64,000 bases of DNA, from assembly GCA_949358305.1 (NCBI GenBank), contig OX442314.1:25358001-25422000 (forward strand), in the 5' to 3' direction. This DNA comes from Strigamia acuminata (Eukaryota). The notes under the pieces were generated by a model. The model was not told the DNA's origin, made no database searches, and saw nothing but the letters and a program-made list of their open reading frames with translations. This document shows, piece after piece, positions 11,897-24,578 of the stretch. A program made the position numbers and the translations under genes. Position 1 is the first letter of the stretch. Each line of letters begins with the position of its first letter.

Positions 11897-14800
11897 TCGA
11901 CAACATCGAACACAACAGCAAGTCCCATACGAAAACAAAATCCACCAAGATCAAGTTCTCGGTTTTATTCGACGTTACATCACTGTAAAAAAAATATATA
12001 TATATAAAAATAAAAGAATACAAATATAAAAAATTGTTTTGAAAGATTTAATAAGTAATTATACGAGTTACACGGAGCAAATAAAAAATATATTGGTTTC
12101 ATTTCCTCCAAATGTTAAAGCCATTTTGTATTTTTATTTTTATTTCCACGCACAAAAAAACTAAAATAAATAATAAATAAAAAATAAATTAAAAATTAAT
12201 TAATTTTTTTTGAATTTTCTTTTATTTTCTGCATTTCGATTTCGATTGAATGGAATTATTTCGCCCCCTGCATTAATTGGAATGGATATAAATATTAATC
12301 CGAGCGAAGGAGACGAATGCAGGTATGGCTCCACCTCCAGCAGGTGTGAGACCGACCACGTGCCTGGAAGTGAGCCAAAGATAGCAGCACGCGACAACCA
12401 TGGTCATTAATTCTGTTGATAGACATTCAAGTTTTGAATGGCGCTTCGCATATCTAGAATTAATTGAATAGTGTCTCTGAAGGTCTCGTGCACAATTAAA
12501 GAGAAATTTTCACTTTCAAAGACTCGCGTTGAGACATACACGCCCATAAACTGATTTGAAAAAAGACAAATTTTATCGCTTTTTTTTTATTAAATGGTAT
12601 TTTTATCTTTTTTTTCTCTTCATTCTACGTGTGCAATTATAATTATTACCATACACGTTTAATCATATTTATAATCTGTGTTGCAATGTCGACCAATCTG
12701 CATAATATTTCTAATATTTGGAACTGATCATAATATGTAATTGGTTTTCCAACATTTCAATGTTAATCCTATGGGAATTTCCTGATTTTTCTCTCTGACA
12801 TCGTGTATTATTATAAATGTAAATAACGTTTCATTCTGCTCGTTAATTTTCTTCAACTTAACCCTAATTTGACAGTCTTTTCGACCTAATGTGGCAAAAA
12901 AAAAGAAATAGTTGATGACCTTTATTTACAGAATTAATTAGACGATTAACTCTTTCAAAAAATTCGACGATTTTTTTTTAAAAAAAAAATAATCAACGAT
13001 CATGAAAGAAGTGAAAATGATGATTACAGATGCAAAATTAAGGCAAAAAAAAACAGCATTTTTCATTCCGAGTCAAATTTCATTTAATTTTATAAAATAA
13101 AAATAAACATTTGACCTATATATATTTTTAATTTCCATTTCAAACCGGAAAAATAGTCAAAAACCATCAAAAACCAACGAAATGAATGGATGCACTTATT
13201 CGGCAAGACATCCCTTTAATGCTTGAGAAAATCGCTACTAACATCTCGAGACAGATTAAATTAATAAAAATTCTTTCCCACTCAACTGGTTCCTTAAAAC
13301 AAACAAAAAAAACAAACTGACACAAGCCTAAAGCTCTCAAATCGTGATTGTTTTTCGACACAATTTATACACTATCTATAAAGAAACAAGTTCATTAGCG
13401 AGAAAACTCAATGATACCCGAATGGCAAAATCGAAAACTCAAAAACTTTTAACCCCAGGTGAGATTATTTCAGAGATAAAAAATGGGAGCACACAAATTA
13501 ACCAATCAAAATTCAACAATCACATGCATAAATTTCCTCTTAATATTTCAATTCTCTTTTTCAATTATATACTCGATGTTGAAAAGCGAAGAAAAAAATC
13601 CGCACAATAAATCTCGAAACTAAATAATTGCACGTTCCAAATCAAAGTTTTATAGATTTAATGGAAGGAGTCCAAAAAATGGGCCAAAGTATTAATTTTT
13701 TCTTTGTAATTGGGGGAAAAGTCTTTTTATAAGATTCCTCAAACTAGCAATAACACGGCAAATCACTCCAACCTTGTGCCATAAAAAGAAGGAAAAAATT
13801 TTATTAAGGTGCCCACCTGTATATTGTCAATCATTTGCTACTTGAGCTTTTGGAATTCACATAAAAGATGGATTTTGTTTCACCACTTCTGTTGCTGGGA
13901 CAATTAGATGGAAATCTGTGCACTTGGAACTCAAACAAGTCGTAGATTTGTTGTTTAAAAAAATTTTATTGCTGAACTTGTTACAGAAGCAAATGTGTAT
14001 TTTTATTTATTCATTTAGATGATATAAACAAAAAAATGCATAAAAAATGAGGTTCATTAATCCAAATTAGGGAAGTAATTATTATTAAGGTTTTTTTTTT
14101 TACGTATCAAAATTACATTCACATAAGAAGTTGCAATATTTAAATCGAATGATTTAATTTGTAGTAATAAATTTAATAATTATGCAAACTCACACGGAAA
14201 TGCATCCAAATTGGCCATCTTGAATTCCACGATGGGTCGGACAACAGAGGGAATAAAAAAAACACTCTACTTTAGATTTTATACTCTAGTGTGGTTGGTT
14301 CTTCACCTTTTCGGAGTTCCGGCACCCCTTAGTTTCTCAAAATATTTTCTCGCACCCCATGAAAAATATGTTCAGTTGTTATTTATCACAAAAAACGAAC
14401 TACGTATTATTTAATGTAAAAATAAAAACAACTGAGACGATGCTCGTCAAATGTACAATTATTCGCCGATTGTTATGAAATTTTATGTCTAACTCAAATA
14501 AAACTAGTCTGATTATTGTATATTTTTAGCACAGCAGTTCGCACCCCAGAAGAGGTGTTTCTCACGGCACTGACCTGGTTAAGATAACCTGGATGAACTG
14601 GTTAAAACATCTTGTCCGGCTGTGACACGTGTAAACTCAAAGTTATGACCTGATAACTGAACGTACAAACGTAATACAGAACACCCAATCAACGAATCAT
14701 GTCCATTCTTTACAGAAACACTAAAATCAGCAAAAACAGAGATCTTGGAATTGACCAACCTTTTTTTCCCTATCTTATATTAAGCTAGAAAAACCACCAT

Positions 14801-14934
14801 TCATGTCAAACAGGCGATTTCCATTCCAGACGGATTCCTTAGTCAGTCACCATGCTTAAAGTCCTGCTGAGATTGTTGCAAACACACCTCGGACTTAACA
14901 TTGTCTCGCAATAAAGTTCATTGATTAATATTCA

Positions 14935-15210
14935 AGTGCCTTATCCGTTAAATAATTATTGCTGCAGGTAGTATATGTCAGTAGCTGAGTGTGATCCTCA
15001 CATAAAAGTCAAGAGCAATTTTCTTAAAGAAGGGTCATCCGAGGGCGGGTAATATTTGAAGAGTACGTGGGAGTGGTGCCTCTGCCTCTCATTATCTACA
15101 AAGCAAAAATGAAATTGTTCGGGGTGCCCTGAGCAATTCGAAAAGGAAATTGGCCCGAGCTGCTTGCTGCCTTGTCATCTCCACTGTCAACATGTCTGCT
15201 TGATGGAATC
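14935..15210 (+). repeat. Diverged direct duplication, module C copy 1 (copy 2 at ~16985-17260)
   Basis: Collinear shared blocks ctgcag, gtcagtagctga, atatttgaa, gggagtggtg, tgaaattgt, cttgtcatct. Confidence 0.7.
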
Positions 15211-16984
15211 AATAATCAAAGAAGGAAAATCAAAGTCACCTGGTGAGTCCTCAAATTCCAGACCGCGGAGGCCTTAAAATGCAATGCCATGCTCGCAGTT
15301 TGACGTCAATTTGCCAAAGATGAGCCCTCATTCTTATTCATTTATTATAAGAAGTAAATAAATAAAGAAAATCGTCTATAATTATGAGTAGCGCCCTTTA
15401 CTTTCAATTGTCTATATTATCTGCAATGTTTTTTTTAAATTTCTTATTTTTTTTTTTTTTTGTATAAATAAATAAATTACGTTTTTAATCAAAATTCTGT
15501 TTTAATTAGCATCATAGACATATTAAAACTCGTCCTTGGAGTTCAGGTTAATTTTTATTCAAATAATAAGTAGTTTAAGGCAGATTGCACTGTTTTCAAA
15601 TTTATTGTGCCAAACTGAATTTTTTTAAAAAAAAATATTTTAAAAAACATCACAACAAACACAAACATTTAGAATTTTGAAATAACTTGTTTTCAGGTAA
15701 ATAATCACAAAATATTCTTGACCTTTGCTAATTAATGCAAAAGTCCAATTATTAAACCCAACTAGACGTCATTAAAATATTTTTCTCTATGAAAATCCCA
15801 ATAAAAAAAAATTTGTTTTATACTTTATTACTGGATCCCAGCAGGACTAAAACGAAGGAAAAAAATAAAAATAAAAAAAAGCACAAAACAAAGTGGCATA
15901 TCCCCTTTCGTGCTGATGTAAAGCATTACAAATGAATGGGCAGAGGCGTCAAACAATTCTCATTTTAAGTGGATAGATAATTAATGAGGAGTGTATACCT
16001 GCTAATCCACGGTAATGAACCGTGAAGAAAAAGTAGCCGAGAGTTGTTGTCGTGTAAAGTGCAGTCAAGCGTGCAAAATTAAACAATAAAAAAAAAATTG
16101 TTGTTTTCTTTGCCTTGTCCCGCAGGTAATTCCTGTTTCGTTCTCGCGAGGAAAAGAGTTACCAAGCCGACAAATATTACCTATGTCCAATTACACCGCG
16201 AAAGCGACTCTGAAAATTACATCTTGTGAAATGAATGAGACAATCACATCGTAAATCCTTCTTCATATTTGCCTTCAAGACTCTTGTCCCAAACGTATGG
16301 AATTTTACCTTCATAAATAATTGGAAGCTTCAAAAATAATAATACAAATAAAATACAAAAAAATTATTTCTAGTTAAAATTAACGGTTTCGAAGATATAC
16401 AAACTGAAGTATGGCGACAATGAGTTTCAAGGTCATTCGCCATATTACATCGATATAAGCAATTTTTGCAATTTTAGCAATTTTACACTTTTGGATTTAT
16501 CACGCGTTATATTTAAATTTACTCGTAAAACCCAGAAATTAAACCATCAAGAGCTACAAAAATGCAATAATCTCACCTATTCACATTCAAACATGGCCGT
16601 CTTCTGTATTTGCTATTAATTGATGATTAAATACAATATAAATGCAATGCAACCAACATAAAATGACCTTCTTTCCATCAACATATTTACACATTTGTCA
16701 AATGCAACAGATTATTAGTATTATTAGTATAAGAATATTAATCTCTTCAAAACAGGTTCTAATTGTACATTGTATTTACTTATCTTGACAGTCCTAAGCC
16801 TAATACTCAACCTTTAACATTTCAAACTTGAAAGAAATATAATACAAACAAACCATCAAAAGTGACAATCAAAAGAACCCATTGTCTTGTATCCATATAG
16901 AAATTATTTGCAAACCCCCACATTGCACATAACATTCATCCCTATTAAATTACCACTTGCATCAATCAACAAAGGGGTGTGTTA

Positions 16985-17260
16985 TATGCCCTTTTCATCC
17001 ATGCAGACACTTCTTCCCACACTGCAGATGGGATTCACGTTTATAATGGTCAGTAGCTGACTGAAATCAGTAGTAATTTTCATCTGGAAAAAAATCTGAT
17101 GTGCTGAGCTGAAATTATATTTGAACATTGGGGAGTGGTGGACACTATCAAGGAAGATCCTTTTTCCCCCTTTTTAGACCATTGAAATTGTACCTGCAAG
17201 GTATAAATTGTTCAAGAAATTCATCATGGAACTCTCTTGTCATCTTGTCTGATGATAGGC
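16985..17260 (+). repeat. Diverged direct duplication, module C copy 2
   Basis: Same ordered blocks as 14935-15210. Confidence 0.7.
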
Positions 17261-19984
17261 AAGGTTTTTGTTTACCAAACTTGAGGGTGGGCAAATAATA
17301 GGACCAAGTTTAGGCCTAAGGGATAGAGATATTCAATTTTTTTAAAAGTTTTTATATATATTTTTTTTTAATACCGTGTCAAATTTATAACTAGAATGTT
17401 CTTTTCTTTTAAAAAAATATGATTTAAGCCATCAAAAACATACTGTAGAAATAAAAATGTAAATTTTAAATGAAAGTAATCGTCAACAGCAAGGTCAGAC
17501 TTCAAGTTTGATGTTGCAGTTCTGCTTTAAAATTGTTGATCTATATAAATTTTTTTTGATTCTTCTTTATGGCCAAGGTCATGATATTTGAATGCAGTAA
17601 GAGGAAAAATGTTCATTTTTTACATTTTTATTTCGGAGCAAGCTTTTATAACGTATATTATTGCTCGCATAAATGCGGTTATATTTTTTAAAATTTATTA
17701 TTATTTCAAAATTTAAAAAAAAAAATAAATACTTATTATATTTTTACTTTTTATATATAAATATTTTTTTTTTAAAAAAAAGATAAAATTATTTTATTTC
17801 CTTTCCCCATTCTTTCACTTTAATGTCTGCGCTTTCCCCATTTGCAATTAACCCGGTTCTTAAAACTGAAACAAATTATACTAATTCCGCACTCTTCCTC
17901 AATTAAATCTTATAATTAATGCACATCCAACTGCCAAAAGCTCCTCATGTTTATTAAATACCTGTTTCAAGGTAATTTTTGAGTAAACCATTTAAGCATA
18001 CAAGTGTGTTGCTTTCAACAAATCACCAGCCCAGAAACTTTCGTTAAAACACATAAATACAAAAATATGAAATATTACATTAAAACATCCATTTGACCTT
18101 TACATTGCAAAATGTGCTACTTCACAAGCTCTGAAATTACAAAAATCATAAAAACTTGATTTTTATTAATTTATTTCAATTTAATGTTTGGAGAAACATA
18201 AAGAAACATGAAGAAACTCAAAAATTTAAGGCCAGCATTTAAAAAACGAAAAAAATACCATTAATTTCAGTCAAAATAACCTATAAACCATCAATTTGTT
18301 TAACAAAAAAATTGATAAATAAAAGAAATCTCATTGACTTTCATAAATAGAAGACGGTAGCCATATAATCTTATTTGATATTCACTTCATGCAATCAATG
18401 GTGAATTTGTTGTGTCCGTAGAATCAAAAGTCATTATTCGATAAATTATTAAGTTATTTGTCATTTTGAAATCTGATATACAATTTATAGTCAAGTAAAT
18501 TGCACACTTGCAAATATTTGTCCTTGTCATTAAGTGGACACATATCGGCAAAATGTACAAATTTTCCTCATCGTCCCGATCAACCTCTAATTCAAATATC
18601 TGCTTCGAAATTTATTGAGAATTGGATACCTTAATTGCAGTAATTACATTTCAAATACAAAAAAATCAAAAAAATTAAAAAAAAATTCTTTTGACTTTGG
18701 AATTCCATTTTTTTTTCTTTGATCTTGTCTGGTTTTCAATTGTCAAAATAGGTCAATGAATTTTTAAAAAAAGAGTTTTTTTTTTTTATACATTATATAT
18801 AAGAATCTTATTTATTTACGACAAATAATTTAAACATAATAAATGAAAAACGAAATTTTTAAATTTTTAAGTGTGCACCATGCACCTGCTAGCGACAGAA
18901 AACCGTTTATTTTTCTTCACCATTGTTGCGTCACAAATCCGAACAGGAAATACCAATAAACCCAAAACAATCACAATTTGTTACGTCAGAAAACCGGAAC
19001 AGGAAATCTGATCACAATTAAGCCTAAAAGAAGAATTCACACGAGAAATTAAAATCTAAAACTTCAAACTCGAACACTAAAACAAAAAAAAAGGCTTGGG
19101 AATCAGTCAGACTCATAAATTAACCTGTCAGACTCCACACCTAAAAATTGCAAATTTACTGAATAAAAATAAAAACCATTACCAAACCGAATTCCCATCT
19201 AATCCTCGCAATAAACAACCAATTCCAAGGGAAAAATAGGTCAACATAAATATACCCATGAATAAAGATAGATGAGGCTTAAAAATCACAATTTACAAGA
19301 TTTATTAAAAAATGCACTCAATGTCCAATTTGCCTTGAATTCATTCAATCGCCGCACTTTAATAATTTTGTAATCGACTCACGAATCAGATCTCGAGTTA
19401 AGTTGAGACCTTTGCAAATTTATTGGGCATTTAAAAATCAAAAGTGTGGTGTAGAAAATCAGATAAATCGGAAAAAGCTGCTTGTGGTGTCAAAGTGCAC
19501 GAGAGATTTCAATTTCCCAGCCCTGTTATTTAGCGCATGTTCAATCATCTTCAACGGATTGCGATGCATTTTCCTTCCCCGAGGTCCGAGTGCATAGAAA
19601 GCATCACCTCAGCCTTAAACCTGAATGAAAAAACACTTGTTACTCTGTCTACTGTGAAGCATGCTGCACAACTTGGCACCTGTCCAACTGTGGCACGCGT
19701 GGACCCAGGTGACCTTATTGGTACTAAATTCGAGGTTTAAAACGAGCATTTTTTTTTTGTCTGGAAATAAATCTTTCAGTCAAACTAGGAAAGAAGGATT
19801 TTTATTTTTATTTTTATTTTTATTATTAATAAATGTCCTTCTTTCGTAATTTGAAATTGAGTGTACGCTGCACCCATTGAACCCCGCGGGTAAGGGCCCT
19901 GAATAACAAAAGGGCTCCGACAGAAACAAACATAACAATTATTTAAAAATTTTGAGATTTGATATTTCCTAATAGGATTTGTAG

Positions 19985-20545
19985 AAAATTTTAAAAATTT
20001 GCTGATAATTTCGAAAAATTTTTCGCAAATTTTCGAAAAATTTGTCGGAAGAGGTCGAAAAATTTGTCGGAAAATTTCGAAAAATTTGTTGAAAAATTTC
20101 GAAAAATTTGTCGAAAAATATCTAAAAGTTTTTCGGAAAATTTTGAAAAATTTGTTGGAAATTTCTAAAATTTGTTGAAAATTTCTAAAATTTGTTGGAA
20201 ATTTCGAAAAATTTGTTGGAAAATTTCGAAAAATTTGTCGAAAAATTTCTAAAAGTTTTTCGGAAAATTTTGAAAAATTTGTTGGAAATTTCTAAAATTT
20301 GTTGGAAATTTCTAAATTTTGTTAAAAATTTCTAAAATTTGCTAAAATTTTCTAAAATTTGCTGAAATTTTCTAAAATTTGCTGAAATTTTCTAAAATTT
20401 GCTGAAATTTTCTAAAATTTGCTGAAATTTTCTAAACTTTGCTGAAAATTTCTAAAATTTGTTTGGAAATTTCTAAAATTCTAAAAATTTTCTAAAACTC
20501 TCGAAATTTTTTAAAAACTGACAGAAACTTCTAAAATTTGTCAAA
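19985..20545. repeat. AT-rich minisatellite, 20-21 bp unit (e.g. CTAAAATTTGCTGAAATTTT; TCGAAAAATTTGTCGGAAAATT variants)
   Basis: Tandem copies visible directly, with a ~10-bp sub-period. Confidence 0.9.
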
Positions 20546-21401
20546 AATCAAATCAAATAAGTTCCTCAACTAAAACAAAAATTCAAATAACTTTTTTAAG
20601 TCTATTTTCTTAGAAAACGAAATTAATTCCATGACCTCGGCCTCGTCTTCTCTATAATCGGTCATAACATTAATTATAATTATAATTCTTCACATTTTGA
20701 ATAATTAATCGCCTAACCACAAGTGCCACAGCTCACTTGATTAATTCGCTTCATTCACTGTTTACTCATGACCCCTCATCCTTCCCCAACACAAAGAGTG
20801 AAAGCAATTTGCTTTCACTTTTAATAAGACACCACATGCTGCGCATGTGCATAAATTTCACTTCACTCTAACAAAAACACCAAATTAGGCATCCCAAAAT
20901 GAAATTCAACACTTTACCTTTACTTTAAAAACACAAAAAAAAATCCAAAAACGTGACTCTTCTCAGTTTTATTGCAACATGATACAATACATCTCATTTC
21001 AGACACTTAAATCAAGAATTTCCCACAATTTTTTTATTTTATATTTTTCCTCTTTCTTCATTCACCTTAAGCACCACATATCCAGTTTCAACGCCCTCAC
21101 ACTTCCCCAAGTCTGTGTAAACCATACAGACACGCCAAAAGACTAGAAATGACCATCTTGACTACAATTTACAGCATAGTAACAACCACATCTGTACACT
21201 ACAGAAATTTAACTGCCATCTTTAACTCCACGTCAACTAAACGATTCGCATCAACGCAAATCACATTAAAGCGATTAAAAATTCCAATCCATCGCGAAAT
21301 TCGGCTCATCTACATGTACAACATACGTCTAACAACTTGGTTTCATATTTTACGACCACCTAGAGCATTTCCATAGCCAAAAAAGATTTATTCGCATTTT
21401 T

Positions 21402-21520
21402 ACAGGAGCAATTCTCGCAGAGGGCCAAGGAAAGCAGGACGCCAACGACAGCCGACAGGCATCACCTTAACCCTTGCCACCAACTCCACACCCACGCGTG
21501 CTATGAGCATCAGGAATGCT
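21402..21520 (-). repeat. Duplicated non-coding module A, copy 2 (inverted)
   Basis: ggccaaggaaagcaggacg (21423-21441) and acagccgacaggcatcaccttaacc (21448-21472) are exact reverse complements of 11853-11871 and 11808-11832. Confidence 0.9.
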
Positions 21521-24495
21521 AACCACGGCCAAAGTTGGCGCCATGAAAAGCATACATTGACCTAAAGAATAATCAAAACTTAACACCTCATCTGCATGTC
21601 CTTTGTTTCTGTCAAGTTGCGAAGAAAGAAAAAGACAAAATGTCACCAAACAGTTTGCAAACGTGACTCACCGCAGCGCCTTCTCCACCGATGTTTCAAA
21701 ACAAAAATGGCGGAATCAAATTTGTTGTTATTTCACATTGGAACGTCGTCCTAAAATAATTAATATATCGATAGGGAGAAAAATCCAATAACTCGTTTTA
21801 GTCATTAATGGGATCTGCATAGATCCAAATCTATGCAATCGGTCACATACCGGAAGTAGATAGAGCATTGCATAAGAATATTATAATAGATATTGATCAG
21901 AATATTCAAAATCGTAAAAATAAAATGTGAAAATTGTAATGAATGAGACTTTGGAGAAATTCCAATTTATTCATGCGCTTTCGACGTTCGGTAAAATCGC
22001 TTCTTTCCTTGAATGAACACAACCAAATGCAACCGAAGCAATTTCGACTAAACAGCATTTTAAACAACATAAAACGTCATCTAACTTCAAAAATGGCGGC
22101 CGATTAAGTCCGTTTTCAGTTGCAGTGTGCATGCGCACGACATTTAAACAACAAAACCTTTTTTAACTGCAAGTTAAACATGACTATAAATATAGTACAC
22201 ACAAAAATGGCTGCCAATCTAACTCGAACGGAGAAACAAGCGCACGCGCGCAACGCATAAGTCACTTCTACATGAAGATAAGAGTGCCTTTTACGCATTA
22301 GTGACTTCTGAAGCATGACTTTAATGATTTCTATAAACCATTTAAGAAGAATAAGTCACTTTTCCTGCCGGAATTGAACGCACCCATTATTATAATTAAA
22401 AATGTAAAACCGGATTCCGCAAGATGCCCGACATTGCAGACATCTTTTCCCTAGAGGCGAAGAACAAAAATTATGAGACGTAATTCTTCCACGGTAAAAT
22501 ATTAGCTCCATTCATAACATCTTGTGCCGTGTCAATGCACTTCATCAACATCTAACATCACAATCAAACGAAACAAAACAAAAAAAATCCAACAAAACCC
22601 AAAAAGAAAAATAAACAGCATATTTTTTGTTCCCCAGATAAAAAAAAATCAATAATTCATTGACAAAAAAAAAAAAAAAATCTCAAGTTTACATTTCACC
22701 ACTTCTGTGTTTCAACGTCCACGATCCATTTCACAGCAAACTTGTTCCCTCAAAGCTCGCCGCCTCACACGGCCTCATTCTCGTTGCAGTCACGAAGTTT
22801 GTGGAAACTAATTACGCAAACAACCTTTCCACAAGCTTTAATACCGAGAAAGTTATTCGATTTGAATAGATCAATGCTTAAACATCTCGAAAAAGACGAA
22901 TCACAACCCACACGATGTTTAATTGCATTTGCAAGCGCACGAAAACTAAACAAAAAAAATCACTCTGTATTTCATTAGATATTCAATTTTCAATTCCATT
23001 TCCAAGTACAATGAAACGAGTATTGAGATCAATTACTTTAAGAACCGGAGGTTTTTCAAGTGGCACATGAAGGCCTATTAAAATGAGCTCATTACAATTC
23101 AGCACGCTTCATCAATACATTCGAGTTGACATTGGACAGCCGAGATTAAAAAGAATCTACTCCACCTTGAATCACGTATTCCAACAGCTCGTGCAGCACG
23201 CGACGTCAAAGACAAAGAGCACAACACGACCGCACTGACCCACATTCCACCGGACCAACTGTCCACCAAACACGGAAATGTAATTTACGGGCAAATAAGA
23301 AACGGGAAAAAAGAAGAATTTAAAACGTCCGAATCGGTCATCAGAAAGTGCAAAAAATTTGATGTTTACGATCCAATTATTCGTAATAAAAATAATCCGA
23401 AGGTAATTAAGTCACACCTTCGATTTGTGCGAATTAAGTAATAAATTTAATGTTTTTTACATAAAAAAAAAAATTACCAACAACGAAAATTTGATTCTGT
23501 TTTGACGAAAAAAGCGAATTCTTTTGCGATTTGGTGGAAAACGTACAAAAATTCGCGTTTTTTGGTCCGAGTCGAATGGAAACGGAATCAGGTGTGCAAC
23601 TCAGGTGTTGCAAGGACGTCGTCTTACAGCTCGAGGCTTGGGCACGTGTCGGCGGCTTTGAGCACGTGCCCCTTCGCCGACCTCAGAAGTCAAAGAGCTC
23701 TGTCCAAAACACGCACCCTTTTAACCCAACTGTTACTCAAAATGCAGTATTCATGCAGCCGGCACCATAATACGCCTCATAAAATAAAAAATTGCGAAAA
23801 AGGAAAGGAAATTTAGTAACGTAATTAAAGTGTGTGCAAATTGAATTGAATTTCTCGACGCGTATCTTAAAAACATAATAAAAAACGAGGGGCGCACTCA
23901 ACGATCGACCGTTACTTTGAATAACAATAAACAACTTGAAGAAACAAGTTAACCGAACGATTCCCTGCGTTCGCAGGTGCTTTTTAGCAGCTGGATATTC
24001 CCTTTTCGTTGTTATTTTAATTAGCAGGAAGAATTACACACACGAAAGATTAATTTCTCATATTCCTACACAAAATATCCAACTAATTTAATCACTACCA
24101 AATTTTACACACAAAAAAACGAACCAAATATTGATTTATTTGCAAATAAAACACAAATTTCCACCCCCGTCCCATCACCCACATTAAAAACGACCTTAAC
24201 CTCCTTCCAAAAACTATACTACCCTTTCCTTGTTTACAGGCAAAACCCTTTCCTTATCCCCTTAACAAGTCGACCTTGAAATTACAAATTCACCTGTCTG
24301 GATGTCCATGCAATGGTGCAGCCTCCTTTATGCAACAATAATTGTAATGTCAGCCACCTCGTTTTTGTCATTATATCCACCTGTAAGAAGCACCTTCATT
24401 TTTTTTTTTACTTTTTTTTCATCCAAACAGCTGTTAAGTCTTAAAAAAGCAGGAAAAAAAAATAGAAAAATTACTTTACACTTACTAATTGGGGG

Positions 24496-24578
24496 CTGGA
24501 TGTTGTTGTAATAAGGTTGTGCACCTGCCGCCATTCAACTAATGACTGTTTCCTCATACGCTGCATCGAGCAGGTGGA
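24496..24578 (-). repeat. Duplicated non-coding module B, copy 2 (inverted)
   Basis: aggttgtgcacctgcc (24514-24529), tttcctc (24549-24555) and agcaggtgga (24569-24578) mirror 10665-10719. Confidence 0.75.
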
